From assembly GCA_041577295.1 (NCBI GenBank), contig JBFGJG010000041.1, positions 1-38,516 on the forward strand: a DNA stretch of 38,516 bases. Direction: 5' to 3'. Position numbers and translations under genes: made by a program. Under the pieces are notes generated by a model. The model was not told where the DNA came from, searched no databases, and saw only the letters and a program-made list of their open reading frames with translations. This DNA is from Gemmatimonadales bacterium (GTDB taxonomy: Bacteria > Gemmatimonadota > Gemmatimonadetes > Gemmatimonadales > GWC2-71-9). Every line of letters begins with the position of its first letter. Within the stretch, counting starts at the first letter, position 1. Of this stretch, positions 36,772-38,516 are shown piece by piece.

Positions 36772-36871
36772 GATAACGACCGTTTTTGCTCGTAACGGTC
36801 CTTTCTCAGAGCCAAACCTGCCTCAATACGCCGCATTCGCGCGTTGCGGACACAATGCGAAGAGATGCCGC

Positions 36872-37483
36872 TCACCGTGCCCGCGCGCGCATCCCGTCGA
36901 GCAGCGTGCGCGTCGTGTGCCGGATGAGCCCCTCGATGTCGTCGGTGGCCTGGATCTGCCCGTCGATCCACAACGACGCCAAGCCGTGCACGGCGCTCCA
37001 TGCCACATAGGCCTGTGCGCGGGGGTCCTGCCGTTTGAGGCGGCCGCTTCCCTGGTGGGTTTCAATCACGGCAACCAGTTGTTCGAAGATGGCGTTTGCG
37101 GCTTCGCGTAGCGGGGGAATCTCTTCGCGCGTGAGCGCTTCCCTGCCGTACATCAGGCGGTAGTGCGCCGGATTCTCCACGGCGAAGCGGACGTACTCCT
37201 CACCCAACTGCTGGAGCCGTCCGAGGCCTGATCGCGGGGCGCCCGCGTCAACGGCTTGCAGCCGAGCTCCGAGACGCTCGAAGCCCAACGAAGCCACCGC
37301 AACCAGCAACGCGTTCTTGTCCGCGAAGTGGCGGTAAGGGGCGGCACGCGAGACACCGAGCCGCTCGCCGATCGCCCGCATCGTCACGCTCGCCGTCCCG
37401 CCCTCGGCGATCATGGCGGCCGCCTCATCGAGCAGCGCCTCCCTAAGGTCCCCGTGGTGGTACGCCCTGGCTCCCCTGGTCAT
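36872..37483 (-). CDS. TetR/AcrR family transcriptional regulator (WHG-type C-terminus)
   Basis: YHHGDLREAL, TMRAIGERLGVSRAAPYRHFADK, AWSAVHGLASL. Confidence 0.95.
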   Translation of the reverse strand: MTRGARAYHHGDLREALLDEAAAMIAEGGTASVTMRAIGERLGVSRAAPYRHFADKNALLVAVASLGFERLGARLQAVDAGAPRSGLGRLQQLGEEYVRFAVENPAHYRLMYGREALTREEIPPLREAANAIFEQLVAVIETHQGSGRLKRQDPRAQAYVAWSAVHGLASLWIDGQIQATDDIEGLIRHTTRTLLDGMRARAR

Positions 37484-37502
37484 GGATCAAAATCGCCGGG
37501 AG

Positions 37503-37547
37503 TGTTGACAATGTCAACATCCTATTGTATGTTGACGATGTCAACAT
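37503..37547. promoter_or_regulatory. Tandem TetR operators overlapping a sigma70 promoter
   Basis: TGTTGACA-A-TGTCAACA (37503-37519) and ATGTTGAC-GAT-GTCAACAT (37529-37547); TTGACA-17 nt-TATGTT facing the DUF5671 gene. Confidence 0.85.
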
Positions 37548-37563
37548 GCCAGGAGCGTACCCC

Positions 37564-38208
37564 ATGGCCGTCAACCAGGCACTTTCCGGCTTCTTAAAGG
37601 AAGGTCTCGACCGGGGCCTGCCACGCGAACAGCTCGAGGACGCCCTATCCAGGGCCGGTTGGCCCTCGGACCAGGTGCGGGTCGCCCTGGGGAGATTTGC
37701 CGATGTCGAGTTCCCCATCGCGGTCCCGCGCCCCAAACCCTACCTCTTCGCGCGCGAGGCATTCATTTATCTGGTGCTCTTCACCACCCTGTACATCAGC
37801 GCGTTCAACCTGGGCAGCCTCCTCTTCCAGTTCATCGACCGTGCCTTTCCGGACCCCGCCATGGATCCGGTGTTCGCCTTGGAGAGGAGTCGCGAGGCGA
37901 TCCGGTGGGCGATTGCCCTGCTCGTCACCGCGTTCCCCGTGTTCGTCTTCGTTTCGTGGACGAACGAACGGGCGGTCCGCCGCGATCCGATTCGCCGGCT
38001 CTCGAAAGTGCGCCGCTGGCTCACCTATCTAACCCTGTTCGTCGCCGCGAGCATCCTCCTGGGTGACGTGACGACGCTCGTCTACAACCTGCTGGGCGGG
38101 GAGGTGACGACGCGCTTCCTGCTCAAGGTCCTCACGGTGGGAGTGATCGCGGGGTCGGTGTTTGGATACTTCCAGCGGGACCTCGGGAAGGAGGAGGTAC
38201 CGGAATGA
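37564..38208 (+). CDS. DUF5671-like membrane protein
   Basis: ATG after AGGAG; AREAFIYL..F.TLY, IRWAIA.L...FP, VRRWLTYLTLF, GDVTTLV..LL.GE.T.RF.LK; 4 TM segments. Confidence 0.8.
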   Translation: MAVNQALSGFLKEGLDRGLPREQLEDALSRAGWPSDQVRVALGRFADVEFPIAVPRPKPYLFAREAFIYLVLFTTLYISAFNLGSLLFQFIDRAFPDPAMDPVFALERSREAIRWAIALLVTAFPVFVFVSWTNERAVRRDPIRRLSKVRRWLTYLTLFVAASILLGDVTTLVYNLLGGEVTTRFLLKVLTVGVIAGSVFGYFQRDLGKEEVPE

Positions 38209-38516
38209 AGTCGCCACCAGGATCGATACTGTTGGGCGCGTCGGTCGTGGCAGTCGTCACGGCGGTGGTTGCCGGACTGTTCGTCTTGGGATCGCCGAGC
38301 GAGGAGCGCGCACGTCGGGTCGACCGGCGGCGCGTGGCGGACCTGCAAGCGATCGCGGCCGCTACCGATCTCTACTGGACGCGGCATGCGCGGCTGCCCG
38401 GTTCCCTGGCAGATCTGAACGCCGAGCCGGGTGTGAACATCAGCGCCGGCGACCCGGCCGGAGCGGAGTCGTATGGGTATCAGCCGCTCGACAGCATTCG
38501 CTATGAAGTCTGCGCA
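38205..38516 (+). CDS. Single-TM pseudopilin-like partner of DUF5671, 3'-truncated by window edge
   Basis: Not in the ORF track. ATGA overlap after GGAGGAGG; MKSPPGSILLGASVVAVVTAVVAGLFVLGSPSEERARRVDRRRVADLQAI...LPGSLADL...DP...YGY...YEVCA. Confidence 0.75.
   Translation, partial: MKSPPGSILLGASVVAVVTAVVAGLFVLGSPSEERARRVDRRRVADLQAIAAATDLYWTRHARLPGSLADLNAEPGVNISAGDPAGAESYGYQPLDSIRYEVCA

Noticed and set aside
1..38516. tRNA/rRNA genes, transposases, integrases, and the many short overlapping ORFs
   Set aside because: No recognisable RNA-gene or recombinase signatures by eye; the short ORFs are high-GC shadow frames of the called genes.

Overview
GC-rich bacterial chromosomal window. The gene mix (Ser/Thr kinase-TolB-like-TPR protein, ECF sigma/FecR/TonB receptor, many lipoproteins) suggests Gemmatimonadota or a similar lineage; this is inference only. 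From left to right: the end of an NRPS cluster (an A-PCP-TE gene, then a C'-A-PCP-C-A(Gly)-PCP gene with no TE) converging on a pair of atypical alpha/beta hydrolases; iorAB-like molybdoenzyme genes; MarR/DoxX; an MBL-fold lipoprotein; AraC; a CzcCBA-like heavy-metal RND operon; an ECF sigma-FecR-TonB receptor module; a kinase; TetR/DUF5671; and several gene remnants. Four signals stand out. (1) A leaderless, signal-peptide-bearing, His-rich uORF ending in a RAPP arrest-type motif lies directly in front of the metal efflux operon. (2) Two related arrays of 21-bp tandem repeats with palindromic AAGCTT cores lie at 35.0-35.3 kb and 36.5-36.8 kb. (3) A 39-bp inverted-repeat pair, probably ECF promoters, flanks an ECF sigma gene that is inverted relative to fecR. 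(4) The TE-less NRPS has an Asp-less A domain and sits next to a Cys-nucleophile/nucleophile-less hydrolase pair. No rRNA, tRNA, CRISPR or transposase was seen.
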